Below are positions 17,630 to 26,974 of a DNA stretch of 57,246 bases, piece by piece; the first letter of the stretch is position 1, and every line of letters begins with the position of its first letter. Position numbers and translations under genes: made by a program. This DNA is from a virus (taxonomy: Duplodnaviria; Caudoviricetes). The stretch covers positions 1 to 57,246 of IMG/VR virus record IMGVR_UViG_3300025600_000330; one strand, given 5' to 3'. The notes beneath the pieces were generated by a model. That model saw only the letters and a list, made by a program, of their open reading frames with translations, was not told the origin of the DNA and searched no databases.

Positions 17630-18211
17630 ATGGCAATCACCACAGGCAGCAACATCACTGACGTAACCGAGGATGGCATGGAGGTCGCCATCAAAGCCTT
17701 TGTCGCTAGAGGGGGCAGACCTTCCTCGTTCACCGAAGCTCTAGGCGCTGAGATCTGTGCCAGACTTGCGGCAGGAGAGTCGCTCTCGCGCATCTGCAGA
17801 GATGAGGGCATGCCTCACAGGGTGACGGTCAACGACTGGACCCGGAAGCTCAAGCAGTTTGGCATCAGTGTCGCGAGGGCGAGGGGTGAGAGCGGTTCAG
17901 CTTTAGCCGACAGCGCACGCGACATTCTCGATGACCTGAACGTGCCGCAGTTCGCCATCGATCCGCTGACTGGCAAGAGCGTCCTGATCCCCACCAGCCT
18001 CACCAGCGTCAGGATCGGTGAGGTGAGAGCGAGGATGGCACTGGAGCAGGCCAAATGCTACGACAGGGACACGTTCGGTGATCAGCGCATGGTCAAGGGT
18101 CAGGTCAGCGTAGAGCATACCATCGGTGGCATCATCGACCTCGTCATGGGCAAGACCAAGTCCCTCGTTCATGACGCTGAGTATGAGGATGTCAGGCAGA
18201 TCGAGGGATAG
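17630..18211 (+). CDS. terS: terminase small subunit
   Basis: GRPSSFTEALGAEICARLAAGESLSRICRDEGMPHRVTVNDW (Sf6/P22-type); AGGAGG RBS. Confidence 0.85.
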   Translation: MAITTGSNITDVTEDGMEVAIKAFVARGGRPSSFTEALGAEICARLAAGESLSRICRDEGMPHRVTVNDWTRKLKQFGISVARARGESGSALADSARDILDDLNVPQFAIDPLTGKSVLIPTSLTSVRIGEVRARMALEQAKCYDRDTFGDQRMVKGQVSVEHTIGGIIDLVMGKTKSLVHDAEYEDVRQIEG

Positions 18212-18714
18212 CAAAGTGGTTGGAAAGTGGGTCAGGGTATGTCGAGTCGTGGCGATCCCTTTGAGATCAGCGACTTGCGTGGGTGCGTAACAATACCACA
18301 TATAATGTGCGTACTGTTCGGGCATGCTGAGAGGGCAGTAGGCAGGCACTCGGCACGGCATGGCATCGTGGGGCTGGGTTGCCTTCCTTCCCTGCTGGGT
18401 TCTGGGGCTGGGCTGGCTGGGCTGGCCCGACCCTGCTCGGATCGACTCGGATCGGCAGGCGAATGGGCAGGGGTGACCCCACCCTATAGGTGTCCCGGCC
18501 CCCCACCTCCCCCCCGTGTCGTTGAGGGGTCCGACCCATGATACCCCGCAATTTCCCCCCAAAACGGTCCAAGGTAGGGGAGGGTGGATCGTCAGCCTGC
18601 TATGCCCCTTGACCATCTCGTTGGTCTGCACGGTATGGTATCCCCCACCCTGTACGTTTGGGATTGGATGGCGTCTGCAAGTGGTTTCTTGAAATCTAAA
18701 AATAAAATTCGGAG

Positions 18715-18906
18715 GTGAAGGCGATGAACTTAGAACCCGGATGGCTGGAGCGGCAACTGAAGGCGGCTAGTGCGACGGTCGCGTCATGGCCCATTGAGAA
18801 GCAGGTACGCATGAGGCGCGAGACAGATGCGATGTTTGAGCAGAGTAGGATCGAGGCCGAGGATCGGTATGCCCGGAGGTTTGACCCCCGCCATGGCAAC
18901 TACTGA
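18715..18906 (+). CDS. hypothetical protein
   Basis: GGAGG RBS. Confidence 0.5.
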   Translation: MKAMNLEPGWLERQLKAASATVASWPIEKQVRMRRETDAMFEQSRIEAEDRYARRFDPRHGNY

Positions 18907-19019
18907 TGAGGTACTACACGTTTGGACCGATCTCTGCGACGTTCGGGGTCTGGCTGGTCATGGTGGGATCTGCTGGGACGGTGCTGGTAGCGGCGGTTGC
19001 ATGGCTGGCTGAAAAATAA
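18906..19019 (+). CDS. small membrane peptide (37 aa)
   Basis: TGATG overlap; hydrophobic. Confidence 0.4.
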   Translation: MRYYTFGPISATFGVWLVMVGSAGTVLVAAVAWLAEK

Positions 19020-19036
19020 AATACGGAGGTAGGACG

Positions 19037-19303
19037 ATGACATTACTGGATTGTTTCATGTGGGCGGGATCGATACTGGCGATAGGTATCTGGATAGGGC
19101 GTCAGCAGGCGAACAAGGAGTGGACGCAGAACGCAGCGGAGGATGGTGTGATCTGGCGTCGTGGTGCCATGTGGAAGGTCATGACGGAGGATCGGTGGTC
19201 TGAAGCAGGCATTGCTCGTGCCAAGGCTGATAGGTGGGACAGGCTGATGGTACGGATGGCTGAGATCGTCCCCGGAAAAATAAAAAACTTGCAAGGCAGG
19301 TAA
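19037..19303 (+). CDS. membrane-anchored hypothetical protein
   Basis: GGAGG RBS; N-terminal TM segment. Confidence 0.6.
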   Translation: MTLLDCFMWAGSILAIGIWIGRQQANKEWTQNAAEDGVIWRRGAMWKVMTEDRWSEAGIARAKADRWDRLMVRMAEIVPGKIKNLQGR

Positions 19304-19393
19304 AATCGTTCAATCCGATAGAATGTGCTTGCTATCAAAGGGAATGTAGCGTAGAAGGGGTGCACATGCTTGAAAAGGACTCGCGGGGGTAAA

Positions 19394-20237
19394 GTGAAGC
19401 GCATCATTAGGGTGTTCCCAAGGAAGACGGCAGCAACCCCAGACGACGACCTCGTCCGTATAGATTGTGGCCCGACCTTATTCGACGAGGCCGATGAGGT
19501 CCACGTCTCGGTACTGTTTTCGTATGATATGGAAAGAGCCGAGGCTTTAGCGCGTGCGTGGAGTTCGGTCGGAAAGGTCAGTATCGGAGGTCCAGCGACG
19601 GGCATGGTGGGCGGTGAGTTTGTGCCGGGAATGTATGTCAAGCATGGGTACACCATCCATCATCGTGGATGTCCCAATGACTGCTGGTTCTGCGTCGAGC
19701 GGAACACTGACCTCCAGTTGCTAGAGATTCATGACGGGTGGAATGACCTTTCCAGTAACCTTCTCGCCTGCCCCCCCCCCGCACATAAGGCAGGTATTTG
19801 AAGCTATGGCTAGGGGTAAAAAAACTTTCGGAAAGGCGGCTCAGTTCACTGGGGGGCTGGAGGCAAAGAGGTTGATGTCGTGGCATTGCCGGGAATTACG
19901 CAAATTGCACCCCAAGCAGATGTTCTTTGCTTATGATTCCCCTGAAGATCTGACCCCGCTACGCCGCGCCGGGGCTATGCTGCTCCGCAGGGGGTTCACG
20001 GTTGCCAGCCACTGTCTCAGATGCTACGTCTTGTGCGGGTATCCGAAGGACACGTTTGGGGCAGCAGCGGAGCGCATGGCGCAGACTACTGACGCAGGGT
20101 TCATGCCGATGGCTATGTTGTACCGGGACAAGCTGGGTGAACGGGATCCAGAATGGATGGAGTGGTCGCGTCAGTGGGCGAGACCTGCGATCATCGCTGC
20201 CAAGTCAAACGCGAGCCACAATATTCAATCCAATTGA
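19394..20237 (+). pseudogene. radical SAM-like protein split by a frameshift in a C10 tract
   Basis: CxxxCxxC (GCPNDCWFC) in the first frame; removing one C from 19771-19780 joins NLLAC-PPP-HIRQVF to ORF 19731..20237. Confidence 0.8.
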
Positions 20238-20321
20238 AAGAATACACTTGCTACTAAAGGGAATCAGTGTTAGAACGATGCACATGTTGACGAAGCAACC
20301 ATGACTGAGGGGGGAGATGAT

Positions 20322-21422
20322 ATGAGATCAGAGGCGAAGCGCACGGCGAACGCGCAGCAGGATCTGGACAATAGGACGAGGAAGGTCACCGTGGAGCAGA
20401 TCAAGCAGGTATGGGGTATGCTGCGCGAGAATCCCCCTATGGGTGCTGGCGGGGTCGTTAAGCTCCGTGCCGATATAGCGGCCAAGTTCCGTGCGTGGGG
20501 CGTCTGTGTGCATCGTATGCACGCCGAAGCGATCTTGATACGGGGCATGGAACTGGGTTGGCTGAAGACTACCATGGGCAACAAGAGCGGTCGCAAGGGT
20601 GGCAACAACGCCATCAACTACGTTGCGGTGGAGCGCGTTGCCGAGAAGGACATGTTCGACGTTCTCACCGAGATCCCGCTGGGCGCTTCACCTTCTCCCC
20701 ACGCCTTTTACAAGGTGGAGGAACCTACGGCTGTCCCCGATACCCCGGTGGCTCCCAAATCGGTCCTCCTTGAGGAGGTAGCTGCCCCGGTCATAGAGAA
20801 GCTCACCGCCGAGGGATGCGTTGCCCTGTGTGCCTCTCAGAACCTCAATGGTCTGGACTATCTGTCCAAACCGGATGTCCTTGAGGTTATCACCTTGATC
20901 GCCGCCGAGCGTGACGCTGCCCTGATCGCTGACCATACCGAGGAGTTGGACGCCGAGCGTGCCAAGCTGGAGGATACCGAGCGCATAGTGGACGACCTGA
21001 ACACTACGCAGAAAGAACTGACCCAGATCGTTGCCAAGCAGAAGGTGGCGCTGGACTTCGGAGTCAAGGATATGGAGGGTCGTATCAAGACCATCGCATA
21101 CCTGCAGGGGCAGCTTGCAGAACTCACCCGCGACCTGAAGATCTCCCGCACCATATTATCCGGTGCGGAGACGAAGCTGAGGGAGGTTATCGCTGACAAT
21201 GAGCGCATTAAGTCCTGCAACACCCGCCTGTCGGAGGATCTGGTGAAGGAGAAGGCGAGGTTCAGCCGCGTCGATACCCCGCTGATGATCAAGATGCGGG
21301 AGGTCCGGATCGCTGGCCGAGTCATGACCTTGGTCGGAGAGTTGGAGAGGGGTATCTCAGGGCAGATTGCTCAGTTGGTCTACGCCGCGACAGAAGGGAA
21401 GAGCGTGGCGGTTGGTCACTAG
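20322..21422 (+). CDS. coiled-coil hypothetical protein
   Basis: GGGGGAG RBS; own promoter. Confidence 0.7.
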   Translation: MRSEAKRTANAQQDLDNRTRKVTVEQIKQVWGMLRENPPMGAGGVVKLRADIAAKFRAWGVCVHRMHAEAILIRGMELGWLKTTMGNKSGRKGGNNAINYVAVERVAEKDMFDVLTEIPLGASPSPHAFYKVEEPTAVPDTPVAPKSVLLEEVAAPVIEKLTAEGCVALCASQNLNGLDYLSKPDVLEVITLIAAERDAALIADHTEELDAERAKLEDTERIVDDLNTTQKELTQIVAKQKVALDFGVKDMEGRIKTIAYLQGQLAELTRDLKISRTILSGAETKLREVIADNERIKSCNTRLSEDLVKEKARFSRVDTPLMIKMREVRIAGRVMTLVGELERGISGQIAQLVYAATEGKSVAVGH

Positions 21423-21425
21423 GCG

Positions 21426-21638
21426 ATGAACAACATACCAGTGAAGGGTGGAGAGGACCGGATAACGTGCGTGGAGATAGAGGGTGGGTACAGATTCCTC
21501 AATACCAGTGGATACATCATCAGCGACGTGATGGCGCACGATGTCTACAAGTTGGCCGCGTTGATGACCTATTCGCGGGACCGGGGGTTCGCGCAGGGGC
21601 TGAAGTCGATACGACTGGCGCTGGGACTCAAGGAATGA
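21426..21638 (+). CDS. hypothetical protein
   Basis: Operon packing. Confidence 0.55.
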   Translation: MNNIPVKGGEDRITCVEIEGGYRFLNTSGYIISDVMAHDVYKLAALMTYSRDRGFAQGLKSIRLALGLKE

Positions 21639-21811
21639 CCTACCGCGCAATCGCAGAGGAACTGGGGATATCCCACACTGATGTCCGCAGGATCGAGCGG
21701 CGTGCGCTGGAGAAGCTCCGGTCTCAGTATGAGGACTGGTTGGAAGTGATCTGGGACATGCTGCCAGCGGACAAGGATGATCCCACGATCTACGCAGACG
21801 CAGACAAGTAA
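21635..21811 (+). CDS. sigma70 region-4-like HTH protein
   Basis: MTYRAIAEELGISHTDVRRIERRALEKLR. Confidence 0.8.
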   Translation: MTYRAIAEELGISHTDVRRIERRALEKLRSQYEDWLEVIWDMLPADKDDPTIYADADK

Positions 21812-21824
21812 AAGGAGAAGCGAC

Positions 21825-22253
21825 ATGAAGGGGGAAACATCAACTGAACGGGTGAGATTTAGCGCCTCCCCGATAAATCGGATGGCTGCTGCCGGTATGG
21901 GGGGGAGTGTCTCCAAGTTGAGGACAACGTCGGAGTGTCCCACCCTCCATCCTACTCCGTTTATCGAGTTGGCGAGGCGACTACCGGGGAAGCGCAGGCT
22001 TGACATTACGGGAGTCGCACGCGGCAGCATGGTAATCGTCGGGTTTGTAGAGATGGATAAGGGGGTGAATAAGAGCGTTTGGGCGGCGAGGTGCGGGTGC
22101 GGAAAATACGAGACCCGGAGGTATTGGAACTACCTCAGTGGCGCAGTAAAGGGTTGGGGAGATTCTTGCGAGGAGTGCTATATGCGTGATAACGGAGTCA
22201 CCGCAGAGCAGCAGGTAGAAAGGCAGCGGATGTTGCGGGGAGAGCCAGCGTGA
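21825..22253 (+). CDS. hypothetical protein with CGCG motif
   Basis: AGGAG RBS; WAARCGCGKYE. Confidence 0.6.
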   Translation: MKGETSTERVRFSASPINRMAAAGMGGSVSKLRTTSECPTLHPTPFIELARRLPGKRRLDITGVARGSMVIVGFVEMDKGVNKSVWAARCGCGKYETRRYWNYLSGAVKGWGDSCEECYMRDNGVTAEQQVERQRMLRGEPA

Positions 22254-22456
22254 TCATCCTCACCGAGCAGGCGCACAAGAAGGACTGCCCGTTCACGACC
22301 TACGTTGCCAACGAGGGTCAGCAGTACGACCAGAACTTCGCGATCACGGAACAGCGGTCGTGTTCGGGTGACAGGTGCATGGCGTGGCAACCTCTGCGCT
22401 GCACCGACAAGATGGGATACTGCGCCCGTTGCCATCCCAATGGAGAGCCGCAATGA
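22250..22456 (+). CDS. small Cys-rich protein
   Basis: CPF...CSGDRCMAW...GYC. Confidence 0.65.
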   Translation: MIILTEQAHKKDCPFTTYVANEGQQYDQNFAITEQRSCSGDRCMAWQPLRCTDKMGYCARCHPNGEPQ

Positions 22457-22872
22457 AAAGAGCAAGAATAGTCGCATGGGCAGAGTCCTTGACCCGCGTG
22501 CAGTTGCTGATGGTAGCGATCAACGCGGTGCAGGAGTTGGAGATCTGCGAGATGGTCCGCTTCCCGTCCGGGGTGGAGTCTCCGTACTGGGAGTCTACGG
22601 GTGACAATCTGGAAGGGGAAGATGCTCCTGCCAAGGACTGTGGCTGCGGGTTGGGCGTGGCGTGTACTGACCATGAGGTGGTCGCGGTCACCTCTGGTCT
22701 CCGCTGCAAGGCGTGCAACTGGCACGGGGACAAACTGGTGGAGCATGGGCAATTCGGTGGACCCAACTGGTGGGGATGCCCCGACTGTGGGTCCGAGGAT
22801 GGCATCAATCCCCACGTTGGCGCGATACAAAATAAAAACTTTCCCAAGGAGGGAAACGATGGACATCGATAG
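22453..22872 (+). CDS. Zn-ribbon-containing hypothetical protein
   Basis: CKAC...CPDCGS; ATGA overlap. Confidence 0.6.
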   Translation: MKRARIVAWAESLTRVQLLMVAINAVQELEICEMVRFPSGVESPYWESTGDNLEGEDAPAKDCGCGLGVACTDHEVVAVTSGLRCKACNWHGDKLVEHGQFGGPNWWGCPDCGSEDGINPHVGAIQNKNFPKEGNDGHR

Positions 22873-24364
22873 AAAATTCAGAATCTCGGCCTACAATCCC
22901 GTCAACAACAAGCGTTACGACGAGACCAACTCACTACTGCTCTGCGCGAAGGACAAGGCTGTTCCTGCGGCTCTTTTCGCCTACAAGCAGGAGTGCGAAC
23001 GTATCGGGGCGAATCGTGAGCATGTGAGGAGCGTCGAGCTACTCTACAACCGTGTCAAAGACTTTCAGGCGCTGGCTGGTGGAGGGCGTGTCCCTGATAC
23101 TCTGGGCGCGGAGATCGAGCGGTGCCTCGGCGGCGAAGACGCTCCCGCCGATCTGAAGAGACCGAATGCCGCGATGGCGATGGGTGCTGGCGACAAGGCG
23201 GGCATGGACACATCTCTGCGCCCCAATGGTCGCAACGAGATGTACGAGGGGTGCTTCCCCGGCGAGACGGAAAAGGCCGCGACCGAGAGGCGGGTCAAGG
23301 CTGGGGGGCAGATGAAGGCGCAATCCGCAGGAGAACCAGCCCCGATCCGGGTAGTCCTCGCCAGTCAGTGGGTGAAAGATAACCTACTCTGCCAGATCGC
23401 GGACCTCAAGAAGGAGAACAGCGCCCTCGCTGCGGCTGCGATCTGCCCGAACGATAGGCGCTGCAACGAGTCCACCGAGTATTACCATAAGCAGGCGTCA
23501 GACGCCCACGACAGACTCATTGTTGCCAACGCAAAGATCCTCAAAATGATGGACGAGAACCGCAACCTGCTTGGATACTCCATGCCCCCCACCGAGGCGG
23601 TCAAGGCTCTTCGCGCCGAGCTTACCTTCGCCCACGGGGTGGTCGAGAGGGAGCGTCAGGACAGCAAGGCGCTGCAGGGGCAGATCAAATGTCAGGCGAT
23701 CAACATCGAATACGTCCAGCCCCGCCTGTGTGAGGCGAATACCGAGATCGTGGACCTGAAGGGGGAGCGGGAGCTACTCCGGGGCGAACTTGGTCGTGAG
23801 GCTGACGAGAACAAGCGCTTGCACGGGGTGATCGATGAGCTGCGCCACGACATGAGGACGGTACAGGGCGATAATCGTCTCCTTGAGCAGCAGCGCGACC
23901 AGTGGAAGCGGCTTGCCGAGGCGCGGGGCGTCGAATACCATGCGGTTGCTGCCGACCTTGAACTGCAGCGCAGTGGTGCCTGCGATCTGGCAGGCGAGGT
24001 CGAAATGCTGGAAGAGTGTCTCAAGAAGGTGAAGGCAGTCGCCAAGACGCAGATGGACCGCCAGTCCGCGGTAGCCGCTCTGTCAAGGCAGGCAGGCATC
24101 AAGTCGGCGCACGCATCATACGAACAGTGTCTGTCCACGCTCAAGGTCGAGCGGACTGAGCGCGGGAACGACAACGCCATGTTCACCGCCGAGATCATGA
24201 AGCTGGAGGGGGAGATCGAAGCACTGAAGGCGCTGATAACAACGTGCGAGACTGCGGCATACGGTGCCGGGAACGAGGACGCTGCAAGGATTGCCGAGAA
24301 GTGGCTGAATAGCTTGGCAAGTACTATCACTGCGAAGGCGATCCGCGACTTGGTGAAGTCCTGA
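22859..24364 (+). CDS. multi-domain protein: small N-terminal globular domain plus long coiled coil
   Basis: AGGAGG RBS; LLCAKDKAVPAALFAY; heptad-rich C-terminus. Confidence 0.7.
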   Translation: MDIDRKFRISAYNPVNNKRYDETNSLLLCAKDKAVPAALFAYKQECERIGANREHVRSVELLYNRVKDFQALAGGGRVPDTLGAEIERCLGGEDAPADLKRPNAAMAMGAGDKAGMDTSLRPNGRNEMYEGCFPGETEKAATERRVKAGGQMKAQSAGEPAPIRVVLASQWVKDNLLCQIADLKKENSALAAAAICPNDRRCNESTEYYHKQASDAHDRLIVANAKILKMMDENRNLLGYSMPPTEAVKALRAELTFAHGVVERERQDSKALQGQIKCQAINIEYVQPRLCEANTEIVDLKGERELLRGELGREADENKRLHGVIDELRHDMRTVQGDNRLLEQQRDQWKRLAEARGVEYHAVAADLELQRSGACDLAGEVEMLEECLKKVKAVAKTQMDRQSAVAALSRQAGIKSAHASYEQCLSTLKVERTERGNDNAMFTAEIMKLEGEIEALKALITTCETAAYGAGNEDAARIAEKWLNSLASTITAKAIRDLVKS

Positions 24365-24365
24365 C

Positions 24366-24560
24366 GTGGCAGAGAAGAGCGAAGAGCCGTATGCCTGCGC
24401 TGACTGCGATGCAACTGGCGCGGAGCGGCTGGCGAGGGGGGACAAGATGAACCACATCTTCTGCGACCCGACGAAGATCGGATCGTTCTGGCTGAACCGC
24501 TGCGGACCCTGCCACTACTTTGTCGGTCCCCCGGCTCCTCGCGAGGTGGCGCATGAGTGA
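24366..24560 (+). CDS. small Cys-rich protein
   Basis: CADC...CGPC. Confidence 0.5.
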   Translation: MAEKSEEPYACADCDATGAERLARGDKMNHIFCDPTKIGSFWLNRCGPCHYFVGPPAPREVAHE

Positions 24561-24756
24561 GGGGGCGTGGATCGACATGGCAGAGAGGCGTCCTCCCATC
24601 AACAGGCATGTGGAGTTCATGGTCGGAAGCGGCGTGGTGGTCGGCGGCAGGCGTAGGGGGTTCGATAGGTGGGAGTTCGACACTGCCGATGGCGTTGGAC
24701 CCATCACTCACTGGCGGGAAGAATATGCCCCCTGTTCCTGCCACTGTGCCATTTAA
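24553..24756 (+). CDS. DUF551-like small protein
   Basis: WIDMAERRP...ITHWRE pattern. Confidence 0.55.
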   Translation: MSEGAWIDMAERRPPINRHVEFMVGSGVVVGGRRRGFDRWEFDTADGVGPITHWREEYAPCSCHCAI

Positions 24757-25033
24757 TTCCATCCAGTAGAATGAAATAGCTTGACACTGGAACGCATTGA
24801 GCGTATTCATGCACATATTGAAAACGAAATAACGAATCGCTCATCCCCGGCAGACTACTGGAGATAAAAGCGCGGATAACGATGCTGACCCTCGACCAAT
24901 GTGGGTGACGCAAAGGGAGCCTGCGACGAAGGAAAGTCGATAACTAAACCCCTTGCCAGTTGGTAGGTCTCCAAGATGACGGATTCATTCCGGTGCGGAG
25001 TAAAGCTGGTGCAGTTTTAACCGGAGGTAGCAG

Positions 25034-25459
25034 ATGGGCAAAGAATCAAGGAAGCGCGGCACGTTTGAAGAGAGAAAGGACGCTGCCATGGAGCGGGACC
25101 GGCAGTCGAAGCTGGGGAAGCATCTCCGCGAGAACTTCTCGAGGAACCGGACGGCGTTCGCGGCTGCGGGTCGCGAGTCCGACCGTCAGGCGCTTGCCAT
25201 GAGGGGCGACTACGGCACTATGGATGTCCTGCCCGACCTATGCATGAACGGCACGCCGGGACCGGCGATCTTGGTCGGCATGGACATGGGCGGCGAGGAT
25301 CGCACCGTCATCTCGATCAGGGGCTGCGACGGACCCAAGGTTCTGATCGTTGACGACGAACCCCGCAGGCTGGGCGTCATTGGTCACCCCGGTCGCAGGT
25401 TCGGCCTGATAGCTGCCCTTGTGATGTCGATGATGGCAGGCGGCAGGCGCGGCGAATGA
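25034..25459 (+). CDS. hypothetical protein
   Basis: GGAGG RBS; MGKESRKRGTFEERK start. Confidence 0.6.
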   Translation: MGKESRKRGTFEERKDAAMERDRQSKLGKHLRENFSRNRTAFAAAGRESDRQALAMRGDYGTMDVLPDLCMNGTPGPAILVGMDMGGEDRTVISIRGCDGPKVLIVDDEPRRLGVIGHPGRRFGLIAALVMSMMAGGRRGE

Positions 25460-25590
25460 TCAGGACCAACTACTACTACCCGCAGCAGATGCTGGATCGC
25501 CTTAAGTTGGCGAAGGCGAAATTGGACCTACCCGTCAGCGAGATCATCCGCAGGGCAGTTGAGATGTTTCTTAAGAATCTGGGGCTGTGA
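25456..25590 (+). CDS. ribbon-helix-helix (CopG-like) protein
   Basis: MIRTNYYYPQQMLDRLK...PVSEIIRRAVEMFL; 4-nt overlaps at both ends. Confidence 0.8.
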   Translation: MIRTNYYYPQQMLDRLKLAKAKLDLPVSEIIRRAVEMFLKNLGL

Positions 25591-26501
25591 CCCTCAACGA
25601 AGGAAAAGGAGCAGGCGGCATGGAAGTCAAGGAAGCACCCAAAGGCGGGATCAAGGGTCTGGCGCTCGGCAGGAAAGACCTCTTCATGATCGACCCCCGA
25701 GAACTGCAGGAAGAACCGGGGTGGAATCAGCGCGAAGAGGGTCCGGGGCTTGACGCTCACGTCCGGTGGCTGGCCGATTCGATCAAGGAGAATGGTGTAC
25801 AGGAGCCGATCACGGTTTACCTGAAGGATGGTCTGCCCTTCATCACGAACGGTCACTGCAGGCAGCGTGCGGCTCTTCTGGCGATATCTGAGGGCGCTGA
25901 CATCAAGGCTGTTCCGGTGCGGGTCGAGGAGCGCGGCACCAACGACGCCGACCGCATCGTCTCGATGATCACCCGGAACGGCGGCAAGGAGTTCACCTCG
26001 CTGGAGAAGGCGAAGGTCGTGAAACTCTTGCTGGGGTACGGGCTGACAGTCGCGGAGATCTCCAAGAAGACCAGTTTCAGCCACACCACGGTCGGGGATC
26101 TGCTCCGTCTCTGCGAGGCACCGCAGGCAGTCGTGGAGATGATCCGCAATGGGGATGTGTCTCCCACCATGGCGACCGACGTTCTCCGCAAGGAAGGAGC
26201 TATCGAGGGTGCCAAGACCCTGACCGAGGCAGTCGTAGTTGCCAAGTCCGAGGGCAAGAAGAAGGCGACCGCCCAGCACCTCCCACAGAAACCTGCCAAG
26301 GAGCGTGCCTTCCTGCCGTCGTGGGTTCTCTATTCCATGGGTCTGGGCCTGAAACCGTCTGTCGAGATCGAGGGTGCCTACGGGGTCGAGTCGTTGGCTA
26401 ACACCGAGTTCAAAAGGCTGCGCGATTTGGGCGCGGGTGTCCGTGCGTTCTACCTCGTTGAAACCACTTTCATCCCGGCAGCAAAAGACGCCAAGGCGTG
26501 A
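25587..26501 (+). CDS. ParB-like protein (ParB-N plus HTH)
   Basis: LADSIKENGVQEPI, ITNGHCRQRA, GLTVAEISKKT HTH. Confidence 0.8.
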   Translation: MTLNEGKGAGGMEVKEAPKGGIKGLALGRKDLFMIDPRELQEEPGWNQREEGPGLDAHVRWLADSIKENGVQEPITVYLKDGLPFITNGHCRQRAALLAISEGADIKAVPVRVEERGTNDADRIVSMITRNGGKEFTSLEKAKVVKLLLGYGLTVAEISKKTSFSHTTVGDLLRLCEAPQAVVEMIRNGDVSPTMATDVLRKEGAIEGAKTLTEAVVVAKSEGKKKATAQHLPQKPAKERAFLPSWVLYSMGLGLKPSVEIEGAYGVESLANTEFKRLRDLGAGVRAFYLVETTFIPAAKDAKA

Positions 26502-26707
26502 AGCCGATAACGATCAAGGTCTGCCGCCGAGAAGTGGAGGACAGCGGCATGACCTTGTCCCAGATCGCTCTCCAGAAGCTGAAAGAGGCTGGCGTGCCGA
26601 TGGCGCAGACCGATCTCAGAATCTTTTGCCGACACGGAGTGCTTGAGGAAGGACGAGACAACTACTCTGGAGATGTATTTTACCACTGGACCCCACCGCG
26701 ACCGTAA
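26498..26707 (+). CDS. hypothetical protein
   Basis: GTGA overlap. Confidence 0.5.
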   Translation: MKPITIKVCRREVEDSGMTLSQIALQKLKEAGVPMAQTDLRIFCRHGVLEEGRDNYSGDVFYHWTPPRP

Positions 26708-26720
26708 AAGGAGATTTACC

Positions 26721-26972
26721 ATGAACAAAGCTGAACTGATCGAAGCAGTAGCAAAGTCCACAGGCGAGACGAAGGCGTCCACCGCCAAGATCGTTGACGC
26801 AGTTTTTGAGACCATCGCCGCAAGCTCGGAGGTGACCATCTACGGGTTCGGCAAGTTTGAACACGCCCTCCGCGCTGCCCGTAAGGGTCGCAACCCGCTG
26901 ACCGGGAAGGAAATCGACATCCCGGCGAAGACCGCTTTCGTCTTCAAGGCCAGCAAGTCCCAGAAGAAGTAA
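26721..26972 (+). CDS. hup: HU family DNA-binding protein
   Basis: MNKAELIEAVA...GFGKF...RAARKGRNPLTGKEIDIPAK. Confidence 0.95.
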   Translation: MNKAELIEAVAKSTGETKASTAKIVDAVFETIAASSEVTIYGFGKFEHALRAARKGRNPLTGKEIDIPAKTAFVFKASKSQKK

Positions 26973-26974
26973 CG

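Noticed and set aside
18697-22840. AAAATAAAA repeated at about 18698, 19013, 19277 and 22829
   Set aside because: Short low-complexity A-tracts near RBSs; plausible translation enhancers but significance not demonstrable by eye
24885-24960. GGGTGACGCAAAG resembles the core of c-di-GMP-I (GEMM) riboswitches
   Set aside because: The upstream GGyAAAC stem, GNRA tetraloop and P2 pattern are not visible; kept only as a generic structured-leader candidate
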